NCBI GenBank assembly: GCA_024704765.1
Contig: JAKMXF010000308.1
Location: 124,001-188,000 of the forward strand
Direction of reading: 5' to 3'
Length of the DNA stretch: 64,000 nucleotides
Origin: Oopsacas minuta
Lineage: Eukaryota; Animalia; Porifera
Numbering within the stretch: position 1 is the stretch's first letter; the number at the start of each line of letters is the position of its first letter. Under the pieces are notes generated by a model. It was not told where the DNA came from, did not search any database, and saw only the letters and a list, made by a program, of their open reading frames with translations. Both the position numbers and the translations under genes were made by a program. This document shows, one piece after another, positions 28,401 to 37,825 of the stretch.

Positions 28401-31400
28401 AGTATTGGAAGGAAGAGAGTTAAAGAATTCAGGAGTGAATTTATGAATAAGTTTAGAATGGATATTGTGTAGGTCTGAGCTGAGTATGAGAGATATAACC
28501 TCTATTCCTTTGCTATCCTTGGTCAGCAGGGGTGCAATAGTAGGAGTACATATGTTTATTAGTTTATCTATTATCTCAGAGTGATAGTCTCCAAATGCTT
28601 CTCTACACTTCAAACATCTCTCTAATAGACTGCACAGAGCAATGTAAGTATGTTGTGAATCTATAGACTGCAGAAGAGCTAAGAATAGAGAGATTATATG
28701 ATTTGGAGTAGATGTGTTAACTAATTCCATAAGAATAGGATCTAATGGATAAGATTCTGTGAAGTGTGTCTGTCTAGTATTCCTTCTCTTCCCGGATTGG
28801 ACAGTACTAGACACTAGTATAGATAATACACGTGTAGTGAATTCTCTACTAGCTCGTATATCTATACTTCTGTCTAGAATACCAGCTATCATAGGTTGGT
28901 AGGAATTAGTAGAGTTACAACGCATAGAAGTGAGACACTGAAGAGACAAATGACGTATGTATCTATTCTCACTAACAAGCTGTGTCAATAGAGCTGGTAA
29001 TATAGGACAATTATTTGATAGTTTGTCTATATAAGCGAATGCTGGAGTCTCTTGTAAAGATCCAATGAAGCTAAGAAACATATGTAATGCGTATATCTTC
29101 ATTTGAGATGTAATATCTCTATGTGAATCAGATCCAGGTAGTGTGAGCATGTTAGCAATACAGGTAGATAGAAATGTACTATCATTCAAATGTATAGCTA
29201 ACAACTGCTGTAGAATTTGCTTATAAGCTAGTTGTAGCGAAGATATAGATAAGTCTAACTCTATCAAGAGAGTAGTTAGAGTGAAAACTATTCTCGTATA
29301 ATCAGAAATATCTGACAAGTCTTCTCTCCAGAAATAGGCAGAACAGAAATTTTCTGAATCCTCACTTCGAGTAACTATTGCTGACATTGTCCATAGTGAC
29401 AGACGACATATAGCATAACTCTTTACAAAACCAGAATTAGGATTACAAGTAGAATCAATTAGAATATTTTGTATTTTTGTGTTGATAAATTTTTCAGCGT
29501 TTCCATAGTCACCAGTTAAAATCTCAAAAAAGTATTTCGTCTCACTTAACAATTTAACAAAAGAGCTAGCTATTGTGTTAATGAATGGGGTATTAGAATA
29601 CTTGATGGCGTCGAGAGTTAGTCCTAGCAGTGACAGAGATATAACACAGTGTTGATTATTCTGTAGAGAATTAATGAGAAAGTCTATGAAACATTCAAAA
29701 CTAGATTTCTCCATTAATGTCATCCTCTCTGCGATTGTGTTGAGTAGAGATACATTGAAGGATAAGAGAAGTTTAACAGAAGTATTCTTATCAAAACTAA
29801 TAACTTTTCTCTTTACTATCAGCTCCTTAACACCATATAATACTGACTGGTGAGGAGAAGAAGTAAGCTCACTAATTATCTTAAGAACCTGTGTATTCAG
29901 TTTAATAGTAGGAGTTGTAAGGAACATTAGTTCAATCAACATTAGAGTTACTGCATATATTATGTGCGGAGCTGACACCATGAATTCGTCTGAAATAAGC
30001 AGACGGAGAGAAGCTAGCGCACACTCTCTCCAGGACTTAGAGTTTACGTGTTCTATCCCGGATATACACAGATTTAAAAGTATGTCTACTAATTGAAAGG
30101 GAGGAATAACGTCGAATAGATCAGTACCAATCTCTAACACAGCTAATACAACTTCAGCACTTTTATCTCTGATACGTTCTAACAGACAACTCTTAACAAA
30201 ATCTGTGTTAACAGATTCTGTATCCTGTGTAGACAACTGTTGTCCAATTCTAAGTACAGCTGCTCTACGAGTGTTACTAGTTGCGTGGTTGAGACTTAGA
30301 AATAGTTTGTTCTCACAGTCTATGCTATTACTAGTAAAGTTCCAATTCAAATATATAGCAATCAAGAAGTTTTGGAAATGATTTATCTTATCTTCTATCT
30401 CAGCAAATTCTAATTGCATTCTTTCTACAACCTCCTTAATAACGACAGGATACTTGTTAGCTAATAATCTCCCTATTTCTACCATAAATTCTCTATTAAT
30501 CTCTCCTATAGTAGAGTTCAAATACTTATCAGTTATAAGTATAAATATTTCATTGACTGCCCCTTTATCGAATTGTATATTCTCCAGTATGTATAATGCA
30601 TTTTTTCCCCCTCCACTTTCAGATTGAACTTCTATACAATGTTTCAACAAGCAAATAGATAGTTTCTCAGTCTTGTATTTGCTATCCAGGGTTGCTAGTA
30701 ATTCTAAACTCTCTGAATTATTACATAAACTCTTAAGACATTTTTGAGCTAGTTTAAAGTTAACTTGAGTTTCAGCTAACAGAGCTAGACAACCAAGAGA
30801 CTCTTTCGCTAAAGAACCATAAACTTTACAAACCATCTTAACCAGAGGATTACACAATTCAGAAGTCAGCACACAGCTAGTGCCTAGACAAGTTGCTACA
30901 ATTAAACCAGCTGCAAAGACGTCATCTATCTGAGACTTGAGTGCTTCAGTTAGAGAAGGTAGAATAGTTTGTAATAAATTCTCTCTCAGTAAGTGTTCAT
31001 GTGTTACCACCTGCACAATAGTACTGACGTAGAAGTTAACGCTGGTATGAGTATCACCATTAGAAGGAATAGAATTAATAAATAGCTGACAAATAAATTC
31101 TAAGAAACTAGGAGCAGAGATAGCGTGCTGTACTAGAGAGAGGGGAGATAGAGACATTTTAGATTTCTGTACTTGCTTCAGCCAGTGCCATTCTGATCGC
31201 TTGTCTGCTAGCGGTAACAACTGAAGTACACGTACGAATAAATTAGTGTTGTAGTATGGGAAAACGCATTCCAATAGTGCTGACATATTATAGTGATTAA
31301 CCTTGTGAATCGTTATTAGCCATTCAAATAATTTCTGAGCCGGTCTCAATGGAAAGTAAGGGGAAAGTCTTCTGAGCAGATCTTCTAATAGAACAGTTAG

Positions 31401-31667
31401 TTTGTCGTTCTCTTCAGTTGTTAGAAGGCCACGATCCCTGTCTATGTATGAAGCTTTGAATAATCGCTGAAACTCTGTAAAGGATGAATCTAGAGTTATG
31501 AGTTCCTCAAACCCGTTCTTAGCAAGGGCTAGGACGGTTTCTCGATCTACCAGTCGAGCTTGATTTCCCTCGAACAGATAGCTAGGCTGCCATTTAGAAT
31601 CGAGGTGTCTGGGAGTTACTAGGGCTGGACGGGAAATATCTCGCAGCTGATTGGAGAGAGATGTCAT
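25470..31667 (-). CDS. HEATR1: HEAT repeat-containing protein 1 / UTP10 (SSU processome), intronless, 2065 aa
   Basis: N-terminus MTSLSNQLRDI..PSYLF, LSPYFPLRPAQKLFEWLI, QAIETLVPPL, FVDAFPHIPSHRRL, KLSERVFKPLYL, C-terminus LPDAVPYLAELLEDE..VEQQC..IENILGDSIQQYF. Confidence 0.96.
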   Translation of the reverse strand: MTSLSNQLRDISRPALVTPRHLDSKWQPSYLFEGNQARLVDRETVLALAKNGFEELITLDSSFTEFQRLFKASYIDRDRGLLTTEENDKLTVLLEDLLRRLSPYFPLRPAQKLFEWLITIHKVNHYNMSALLECVFPYYNTNLFVRVLQLLPLADKRSEWHWLKQVQKSKMSLSPLSLVQHAISAPSFLEFICQLFINSIPSNGDTHTSVNFYVSTIVQVVTHEHLLRENLLQTILPSLTEALKSQIDDVFAAGLIVATCLGTSCVLTSELCNPLVKMVCKVYGSLAKESLGCLALLAETQVNFKLAQKCLKSLCNNSESLELLATLDSKYKTEKLSICLLKHCIEVQSESGGGKNALYILENIQFDKGAVNEIFILITDKYLNSTIGEINREFMVEIGRLLANKYPVVIKEVVERMQLEFAEIEDKINHFQNFLIAIYLNWNFTSNSIDCENKLFLSLNHATSNTRRAAVLRIGQQLSTQDTESVNTDFVKSCLLERIRDKSAEVVLAVLEIGTDLFDVIPPFQLVDILLNLCISGIEHVNSKSWRECALASLRLLISDEFMVSAPHIIYAVTLMLIELMFLTTPTIKLNTQVLKIISELTSSPHQSVLYGVKELIVKRKVISFDKNTSVKLLLSFNVSLLNTIAERMTLMEKSSFECFIDFLINSLQNNQHCVISLSLLGLTLDAIKYSNTPFINTIASSFVKLLSETKYFFEILTGDYGNAEKFINTKIQNILIDSTCNPNSGFVKSYAICRLSLWTMSAIVTRSEDSENFCSAYFWREDLSDISDYTRIVFTLTTLLIELDLSISSLQLAYKQILQQLLAIHLNDSTFLSTCIANMLTLPGSDSHRDITSQMKIYALHMFLSFIGSLQETPAFAYIDKLSNNCPILPALLTQLVSENRYIRHLSLQCLTSMRCNSTNSYQPMIAGILDRSIDIRASREFTTRVLSILVSSTVQSGKRRNTRQTHFTESYPLDPILMELVNTSTPNHIISLFLALLQSIDSQHTYIALCSLLERCLKCREAFGDYHSEIIDKLINICTPTIAPLLTKDSKGIEVISLILSSDLHNIHSKLIHKFTPEFFNSLPSNTQAVFLSILFNIVINQTALYLDSTKVTAREVICNLQLNPGLIAHILKHNAEIEINRNDVELTPSPAKKKKRTEPICNGNSLPPQESNQILSSILELLLKCQLRNIEYTIPLYFQILSVLQRWSDVIDSISLDYNNNLLFSLMTNATKQVSPLKLSIFESKFDVLQIIRTIQSSVSVHVQVQGYFLLSEAARLMPDRIIHNIMPIFTFMGSSMVRNDDGYSFQVILQAIETLVPPLINVEGVDKPVISLISTVLQVFVDAFPHIPSHRRLALYAHLTTVLGATQYMYLLVILLLLKDSIDQSSSKAKTSFAKSLLANFDIDTQLSTLLGISRFLDKVVSFNKSTSKSVDYNKNTNMLQDLSEKQILEFSTQIIEFETNYIQNKLFVKKVEYARSGGIEVDEYICEIIEFGLHYFEKNSISGHNTVLIQLLDNAMALLSIEQFVTLFKRIPDQFESSTTDKMLEVLSKRVTSWFERNQLSSHTQLSDLSPLLIRLSCEQLSSVSARKLALHSLKLIVKVLGPDALDKFRKFGKRLMRSVQSDCDDGMFEIIADKLMVMCELVVILNIKLVPNLPGLVPYLIERYNTSISDNISNDTSASGCLSLFAQILSHLANFLNPYLPELISLSIDSTAIMEREELIVLLDTVRCSIAKHVPFRILLSNVITLIPAIETEYDKLTNLLSILEESLLYVDKCELVTSHKALNEILIHTLEFRNNVTTESVDAISQVEEACGNVYVNFVLKLSERVFKPLYLQLREWATNEDSHTQRLIPFYLLSYKLANKLKSIFSIYLIYFVENVVEVLNRTHSDTEPENQIIPEDSNQTSALLNQILKCVETCLKFDQEHVLTREYFDLLKHSLSSQLTNIVGGVTVYQDRVENYLIPCLAQFALRAEHEGMRKELTIEILIISKSSSPKIRFASLLTLDSLFKQLRDDLLQVLPDAVPYLAELLEDESVEVEQQCQVVISTIENILGDSIQQYF

Positions 31668-31813
31668 CCTTCTAAATTTGCAGATAATACAAAAATAAAT
31701 TACATAGAAGAGTAAAAATAAAAGTGATTACACACTTGATGAAAAAATAAACACAAATAATATATTTATCATAAATAAATCGACTAAAAAATGCATAATG
31801 ATTGTGCTGAGTA

Positions 31814-32692
31814 TCAACATAGATCTCCAACAGGGCCACGAACCTCACAGCTGTAAGAACTGTGTCTGAGTAAGAATAGAGCTCCGTTCTTACAGGCACA
31901 TAGACGTAACTGTAATGAAGTGACGTCCTCTTGTTGTGTTAGTTCTTTGGCTGGAATAAGTAGATATTCGGAAGCAGTTATATTAATATTATTAGCTTTT
32001 AATGTTATTGTACCGTTAGGAGCTGAGAGAAGAGAGGATTGAGATAAGACAGAAGCACCTCGCCCTCCCTGTAGACTAGCAGTCCCTCCTCGTATCTTGA
32101 GAGTACCACCACTCTTTCTCACAATACTATCCGTCTCAAATCCTGAACTAGCTGACATTACTTCAGAATAGACTAATGAGTTTATCATAACAGAGTCAGA
32201 GAGTGAGATAATATCCTGATTAGATAAAGTAGTGTGTAAGATTAGGTCATTAGTAATATTGTGTGTGGCGATAAAATTGTTTGTCACAGATAGGACAGAA
32301 GTTCGAGACAGCACACCAGCTTGATCAGATATCAATTTACCAGCTCTCAGTTCAATATCAGATAGAGAAGATATAGATAGTGAAGGAGTAGCTCTAATAG
32401 GTCCGTCTACCAATACTCTATCAGCGAATAGAGAGGAATAGAATCTCAACACATTATTTGGTAAGAAAGAAAAGTGGGAAGATCCTTGTGAGTTCAGTCG
32501 AAGAGAGGAAGCAACAAGAATTAAAGTGATCAGGTTACCTACTACAATTAAGTACATGAAGAAGAGAATACAAATTCCCAAACAAATACGCTTTCCTCTA
32601 ACTCCATTCCGATCATACTTCTTCTCAGAAGTCTGAGTCTCCTCTTCTGTACTGAGGTTTGGATTGAGTAGGAATGTTTTTGTCAGTGACAT
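31814..32692 (-). CDS. Sarcoglycan family protein (beta-like)
   Basis: Type II TM after GVRGKR, a beta-rich ectodomain and the C-terminal sarcoglycan cysteine motif LCACKNGALFL..C......LC. Confidence 0.82.
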   Translation of the reverse strand: MSLTKTFLLNPNLSTEEETQTSEKKYDRNGVRGKRICLGICILFFMYLIVVGNLITLILVASSLRLNSQGSSHFSFLPNNVLRFYSSLFADRVLVDGPIRATPSLSISSLSDIELRAGKLISDQAGVLSRTSVLSVTNNFIATHNITNDLILHTTLSNQDIISLSDSVMINSLVYSEVMSASSGFETDSIVRKSGGTLKIRGGTASLQGGRGASVLSQSSLLSAPNGTITLKANNINITASEYLLIPAKELTQQEDVTSLQLRLCACKNGALFLLRHSSYSCEVRGPVGDLC

Positions 32693-33317
32693 TCTAATCT
32701 AGAATATATTTGGTGTCCATAAATAATCGTTAAAAATAAATCTGTATATTGTTATTGTGAAATGTTCTATTAATCGGGCATAGTTTGTGGAGATACATAA
32801 TCCTCTATCGAGGGTTTCTCAAACTCTCATGGACTATATTCACACTTCGTACAAAATTGGTAAAATGAACCACCATACCAGTGACGTGTCCAGGATTTTT
32901 GATTTGGGGGGCCAGGGAGCGAGCGACCGAACTGAGATTGCCTATGATCAATTTAAGTATTAAAAATGGTTTGCTTAGATTTTGCCAAATTTCAAGTTTG
33001 TTTTCCTACCAATTCCTCAGTCTAGAGTCACTATTTACCAATACATTTATCATGAGATAGAACATTTCGTCACCTTTCCTCAGAGAGGTGATAAGTTTTC
33101 GCTTAGAAATTTAAATTCCACCTAAGTTGGACCAAGCTGCATACATATGCCAAATTCCAAGTTTGTAGCTGTTAACAATTCTTCAATCAACTTGAATAAA
33201 TCCACAAAAAAATCCGTCGAGATTTAATATATAAGATTCTCATTTACTTCAATAACTAATATATCTCATTCGAATCAAAATATATAATATAACTACAAGT
33301 ATTAATTAGTTAAATAA

Positions 33318-34175
33318 TTAGAAAATTTGAATAGAATTATTATTCCTTCTGCAGACACTGACAATCTGAGAAGATGAATTAATTCCTATCCCCATCGGAT
33401 ATTCAAACTTTCCTATATTATCGCCTCTGCTCCCGAATTTAATGTTCATTTTTCCAGTCCGTGTGAATACCCTAATCGAATTACTGCCTGAATCACTTAG
33501 AATTAAGTTTCCAGCATTATCAATCGTGAAACAATAAGGGTTAACAACGTCATTGAGCTGATTGAACGTACTCGATCCGTGGGTGATAATTCTTGCAATA
33601 AACTCTCCTGACATATTGAATATAGCGATACAAGGTGATCTCCAGTCTAATACGAATATCTCGTTGTTATATACTTTCACATCTTCTGTCTTAGAAAGCT
33701 TTCCAACTCCTATTCTTCTACAGAGAGGTAGGTCTGGGAATAAGTGTAGAACTTGGTGATTACCAGAATCACATAGAAATATGTCAGTATCTAAATAGGC
33801 AGTTAACCGAGTAGGGTTAGACAGTAGTACTCCAGGAAATATTTGGCAATTTTCTCCAACTCTTGTCACTATATCTCCATCAGTTGTTATGAACGCAATT
33901 GAATTGTTTGTGTGTTCTGTAACACATATAACTTCACCAATAAAGCACAGACCCCAAGGACAAAACAAGCTTCTAGAATTATCTGTAATAGAATAAAGAT
34001 AGTCTCCAGTAGTAGTGAACACTAGTATTGACATAATAAGTCCAGTCGCTACAAATATTCTATCTGTGAATGGACATATCGCTAATCCTTCCACATACAT
34101 AAAGTCAGCACAGTCCTTAGATAAGATATCCCGGTTTGTAATCCTATTGTAATTACGATTTATCAGAGTGTCCAT
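33318..34175 (-). CDS. Stand-alone NHL-repeat beta-propeller protein, 285 aa (could be the last exon of a larger gene)
   Basis: NHL repeats LFCPWGLCF, LSNPTRL, CDSGNHQV, NPYCFTID..GNLILSDSGSNSIRVF, FEYPMGIGI..NNSIQIF. Confidence 0.8.
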   Translation of the reverse strand: MDTLINRNYNRITNRDILSKDCADFMYVEGLAICPFTDRIFVATGLIMSILVFTTTGDYLYSITDNSRSLFCPWGLCFIGEVICVTEHTNNSIAFITTDGDIVTRVGENCQIFPGVLLSNPTRLTAYLDTDIFLCDSGNHQVLHLFPDLPLCRRIGVGKLSKTEDVKVYNNEIFVLDWRSPCIAIFNMSGEFIARIITHGSSTFNQLNDVVNPYCFTIDNAGNLILSDSGSNSIRVFTRTGKMNIKFGSRGDNIGKFEYPMGIGINSSSQIVSVCRRNNNSIQIF

Positions 34176-34365
34176 CTGGGTAATACTAATCTGTTCTAAT
34201 AATATTGTACATATTTGAAGAATATAAGTAAGATAATAAAAGTATAGGTAGAATTAGGGAAAATAGAAAATAGCTTATAATTATGCAAATTACTCAGAAA
34301 TATTCTCACCCCTTTTGAAATACGTACGAATATTAGACAGTACGTATAGTTAAAGCTAGTTATGC

Positions 34366-34813
34366 CAGTTGTTAATGGTCTTCAACCGGTGTGCCGCGGC
34401 ACACTCTTGTGAGGCCTAAACTAAGCAACAGAAAGCATTATTGCTTTCAAGTTGCTTGCATGTATAGTTTATGGATTTTGGATAAGAAAGTGCTAAAAGA
34501 ACTACTCCTATATATATTAACACAACAATCCATATTCAGTCAACTCCCGCCTATATCAAGTCTGAAATTGTATATGGTTCAAAGTAAGATAAATTATCGC
34601 ATCGGTTATATCGAACTCTGCTTGTATCGATAATTTTCACGGCCCTTGAGCAGCGAAACAACTGGTGTTGACTGTATGTATGTATTTGTAGTATAATTAT
34701 AGGAAATTTTAACATTGCAGTTTTAAGAAATTTGAATCCACCCTTGTTAGGTGTGCCTTGAAAGTGATAGATGAAATAAGCGTGTCACGGTATAAATGGT
34801 TGAGAAAAATGAA
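34366..34813. mobile_element. Degenerate Charlie/Buster-like hAT MITE remnant
   Basis: Left tcttcaaccggtgtgccgcggcacac and right gtgtgccttgaaag..gtgtcacgg..aaatggttgagaa resemble Charlie-type MITE ends. No TSD resolved; boundaries approximate. Confidence 0.4.
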
Positions 34814-35963
34814 TTAACCTAACAACCACAAATCAATTCAAAATTGAACAGTGACGTAACAAAATGAAAATATTGGGGGTTCGCATAAAATAGGGGGCAA
34901 TTGGATCTTTCAAAGTACCGCCTTTTGGTGTTGAAATTTTTACCGAATACTGCTGGGAAAATCTGTGATTTTATGACGTCAAAAAGGTAAGAAATCTCGT
35001 TTTTGGTGCGGAATTGGTTTAAAAGAAGTGGTAAAATTTTAGTGTTCCTTTTCGTTACGAACATTAACACATCAGCCGTAATCGGTTAAATCAAAAAGTA
35101 CGACCGAACGAGCATATTTTAGAGAGTCAAGTCTGAAGAGCTCAAGAAAATGTAGGGATTCTTTCTCTGTACCAGGGATTTGGCAGACAAGAGTTGAAAA
35201 ATCTTATCGATTTGTTCCTAGCAATTATTCAGGGTCGTAATGGTGCATTAAATGTGATCATATAAACCAACATTCCATGAACCACTATATCCCACATTCA
35301 TAATCCTAAATTCATGACCATTACGTGCAAATATAAATACACGAAATTACGAGCATTAATTATATTATTCCTGAGCCCAGGGCAAAACTGATACAAACTA
35401 TTTCCACATTCCATCTGTTCTTAAATAATGTTCTTTCAAATTCAATACGTATTACGAGCGAGCGTAGCGAGTGAGCGAAAATTTTAAGGTTCGACCACTC
35501 TAGAAAATGTTAAAAGGAAATATCCCAAATGCAGGGAATTCTAAAGACAAGCATGAATACTCAAATGGAGATTAAGATGTCATAAGAATAGTGGGGTAAG
35601 AATGAAAGGTTAACCTATAAGTAAGAATGTTTCATTTCCCAATTGGGGGCACTGCCCCACTGCCCCCCCAGGTCACACCACAGAAATAGAGGAATTTAGG
35701 TAAAGTTACGTTGAAGAAGAAACACTTAAATTCTCTACCCAGTATTTGTAAATATTTATAGCACATGAATAATTAATCTATTAGTCATCAGTCATGAAAC
35801 AAGTACGTACAAGAATAGCACACAAACTGAGCAAGACAAAGACTAACACTCAATTCACAAATGTGAAATAATAGAATCGTTGTTGAAGATGAGTAAGCCA
35901 AGATAATCTGAATCTAATCTAACTATAATTACAATAACTTAACAGATCACTGATGAGAGGACA

Positions 35964-37394
35964 TTAAATATTCTCCCAATCAGGAGCCCAATCAATTTGA
36001 TCCATGTCATCTAGGCTGTATAAATCAAAGTCATCTACGTAGTCATCGAATAGAGGGTCGTACAAATCCAGATCTACACCCAACTCCTCTCTAACGAAAT
36101 CTTCAGGTTCTGAGAATGGACTGGACCAATCTGTCTCAATGAGCCCATTGTCCAGACCTGATTCAGTTAGGCTGAAGTAGGCCATTAGATTTTCTAACCC
36201 TTCAAGGTCCAGTAAGTCATCGTCTTCTCCCAGAGTATCCTGTCTACTGCAATCCTTACCCAGCAGCTTACACATACCACAGAGTTCCTGTTTATGAGAA
36301 CTCTCCTTCTCTCGCATTAGAGGGAACATACCTAGAAAGCTATTTACTGGATTAGAGACCCGCATAAGTGGACGTTGATTAGAAGCAACTACTTCTCGTT
36401 TACACTTCTTACAGCCCTGAGTAATACCATTGTATGCATACTTGCTTTTCCAAACATTCCCACACTCACATACAAATGTAGCAATCATCCTCTGACTAGG
36501 TAATGACTTGTTAATCTCATTCAGCTCTGATATTTTACAGCGACACAATGGACATGTCTCTTTGGTAGCACACCACTTCACAAGACACTCATAGCAGAAT
36601 GAGTGATCGCACTTTAGAGATACTTTATCTTTAACATCATTCAAACAGATAGAACATTGTTCTTTGGTTATAGACTCGCTCTTTTGTTTATTCTCTCCCT
36701 TCTTGGTGAGAGGTTGTTGAGGTGTAGGAGTAAGAATCTGATCTTTCTTTAAGTGCTTATTATATTTATATGTAGTATTTCTAGTAATAATAGGATCTCT
36801 TTTGGAAGAAGAAGGAGTTCTTTGAGTATAGGAGGGATATGTATGAGTATAAGGATTAGAGTTAGAATTACTTCTATAGTTAGTGTGAGATGTCCCCCAA
36901 TCAGTTTGAGTATAACGAGAATTAGACTGATCTCTGTTGTTAGGTTTACTCCAAGAGGAAGAGTTCTCTGAAGAGCGATAGGACACCCGTGCTGACTCGT
37001 GACGATATTCTGAGCTAGGAGGTGTGGCATGTCTCCCTCTAGGAGACTTGTGCTTTCCTCTGTAAGTGTCAGTGCTCTGTTGATATCGAGGAGAGGTGGT
37101 GTTACTCCCTCTATTCTTGTGAGTAGAGTTAGTAACATATGCGTGAGAGTGATCTGGGAGAGGGGCTCTCTCTGTAACATGAGAATTCCGGTTAGTGAAT
37201 GTCTGAGATGCGATGTATCTATTAGAGGCAGGAGGAGGAGGTGAATGAGCAGATGAACGAGTAGGAGTTTTGATGGAAGAGCTATAAGTAGTGGGATGAC
37301 GAGATTTAGGATAGTATGAAGAGTTAGTACTGCGAGTATAGCTAGATTGGTAGTAAAGAGGTTCATCCTGTCCTGAAGGAAATCTACTCGCCAT
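35964..37394 (-). CDS. RING finger plus ZCCHC24-like 3CxxC zinc-finger protein with S/R/Y/T-rich disordered N-terminus and acidic tail
   Basis: C3HC4 RING CSICL..LKCDHSFCYEC..W..CPLC, then FVCECGNVWKS..QGCKKC..NQRPL..HKQELCGMCKLLGKDC, which matches the ZCCHC24/3CxxC pattern. Confidence 0.8.
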   Translation of the reverse strand: MASRFPSGQDEPLYYQSSYTRSTNSSYYPKSRHPTTYSSSIKTPTRSSAHSPPPPASNRYIASQTFTNRNSHVTERAPLPDHSHAYVTNSTHKNRGSNTTSPRYQQSTDTYRGKHKSPRGRHATPPSSEYRHESARVSYRSSENSSSWSKPNNRDQSNSRYTQTDWGTSHTNYRSNSNSNPYTHTYPSYTQRTPSSSKRDPIITRNTTYKYNKHLKKDQILTPTPQQPLTKKGENKQKSESITKEQCSICLNDVKDKVSLKCDHSFCYECLVKWCATKETCPLCRCKISELNEINKSLPSQRMIATFVCECGNVWKSKYAYNGITQGCKKCKREVVASNQRPLMRVSNPVNSFLGMFPLMREKESSHKQELCGMCKLLGKDCSRQDTLGEDDDLLDLEGLENLMAYFSLTESGLDNGLIETDWSSPFSEPEDFVREELGVDLDLYDPLFDDYVDDFDLYSLDDMDQIDWAPDWENI

Positions 37395-37533
37395 TCTAAA
37401 TACGCTCTGATATGTTAACAGAAGGAAAAGAAAATTAATTGAATATTAGTTTGATGGAATTCACAATTGAATTGGACTTTTTGAAAATATATTATATTAT
37501 ATCGTGAACAGCGATTAATATAATAATTTGAAT

Positions 37534-37613
37534 CATAGGCGCAAGTAGGGCCATTTTGGTGGGCATGACTTCATCTTTGCCCACCCTGATCCAGGAGCCG
37601 ACTAGTGCCTATG
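37534..37613. mobile_element. 80-bp hAT-like MITE
   Basis: Ends cataggcgcaagt / actagtgcctatg (imperfect TIR); flanking 8-mers atttgaat and atttgaaa (7/8 TSD). Confidence 0.65.
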
Positions 37614-37825
37614 ATTTGAAAGATAAAAATATAAGAATATGATATTACATAAGTTTAACATTTTCTTCTGTTATAGGATATACTTTCAACATTAAGTAAT
37701 ATCGAGCTATAATTGACAGATTGGGAGTATTGTGCAAGCAAGCAGGCAGAGTTGGAAAATAGTATGAATAATCAATATTGTAGTTAGGTCAATCGCAATG
37801 TGCTAGTATAGTATAAACTAGTAAA

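Noticed and set aside
31672-31899. 75-aa ORF bridging sarcoglycan and HEATR1
   Set aside because: A hydrophobic chance frame through a T-rich spacer that overlaps the sarcoglycan 3' end in another frame.
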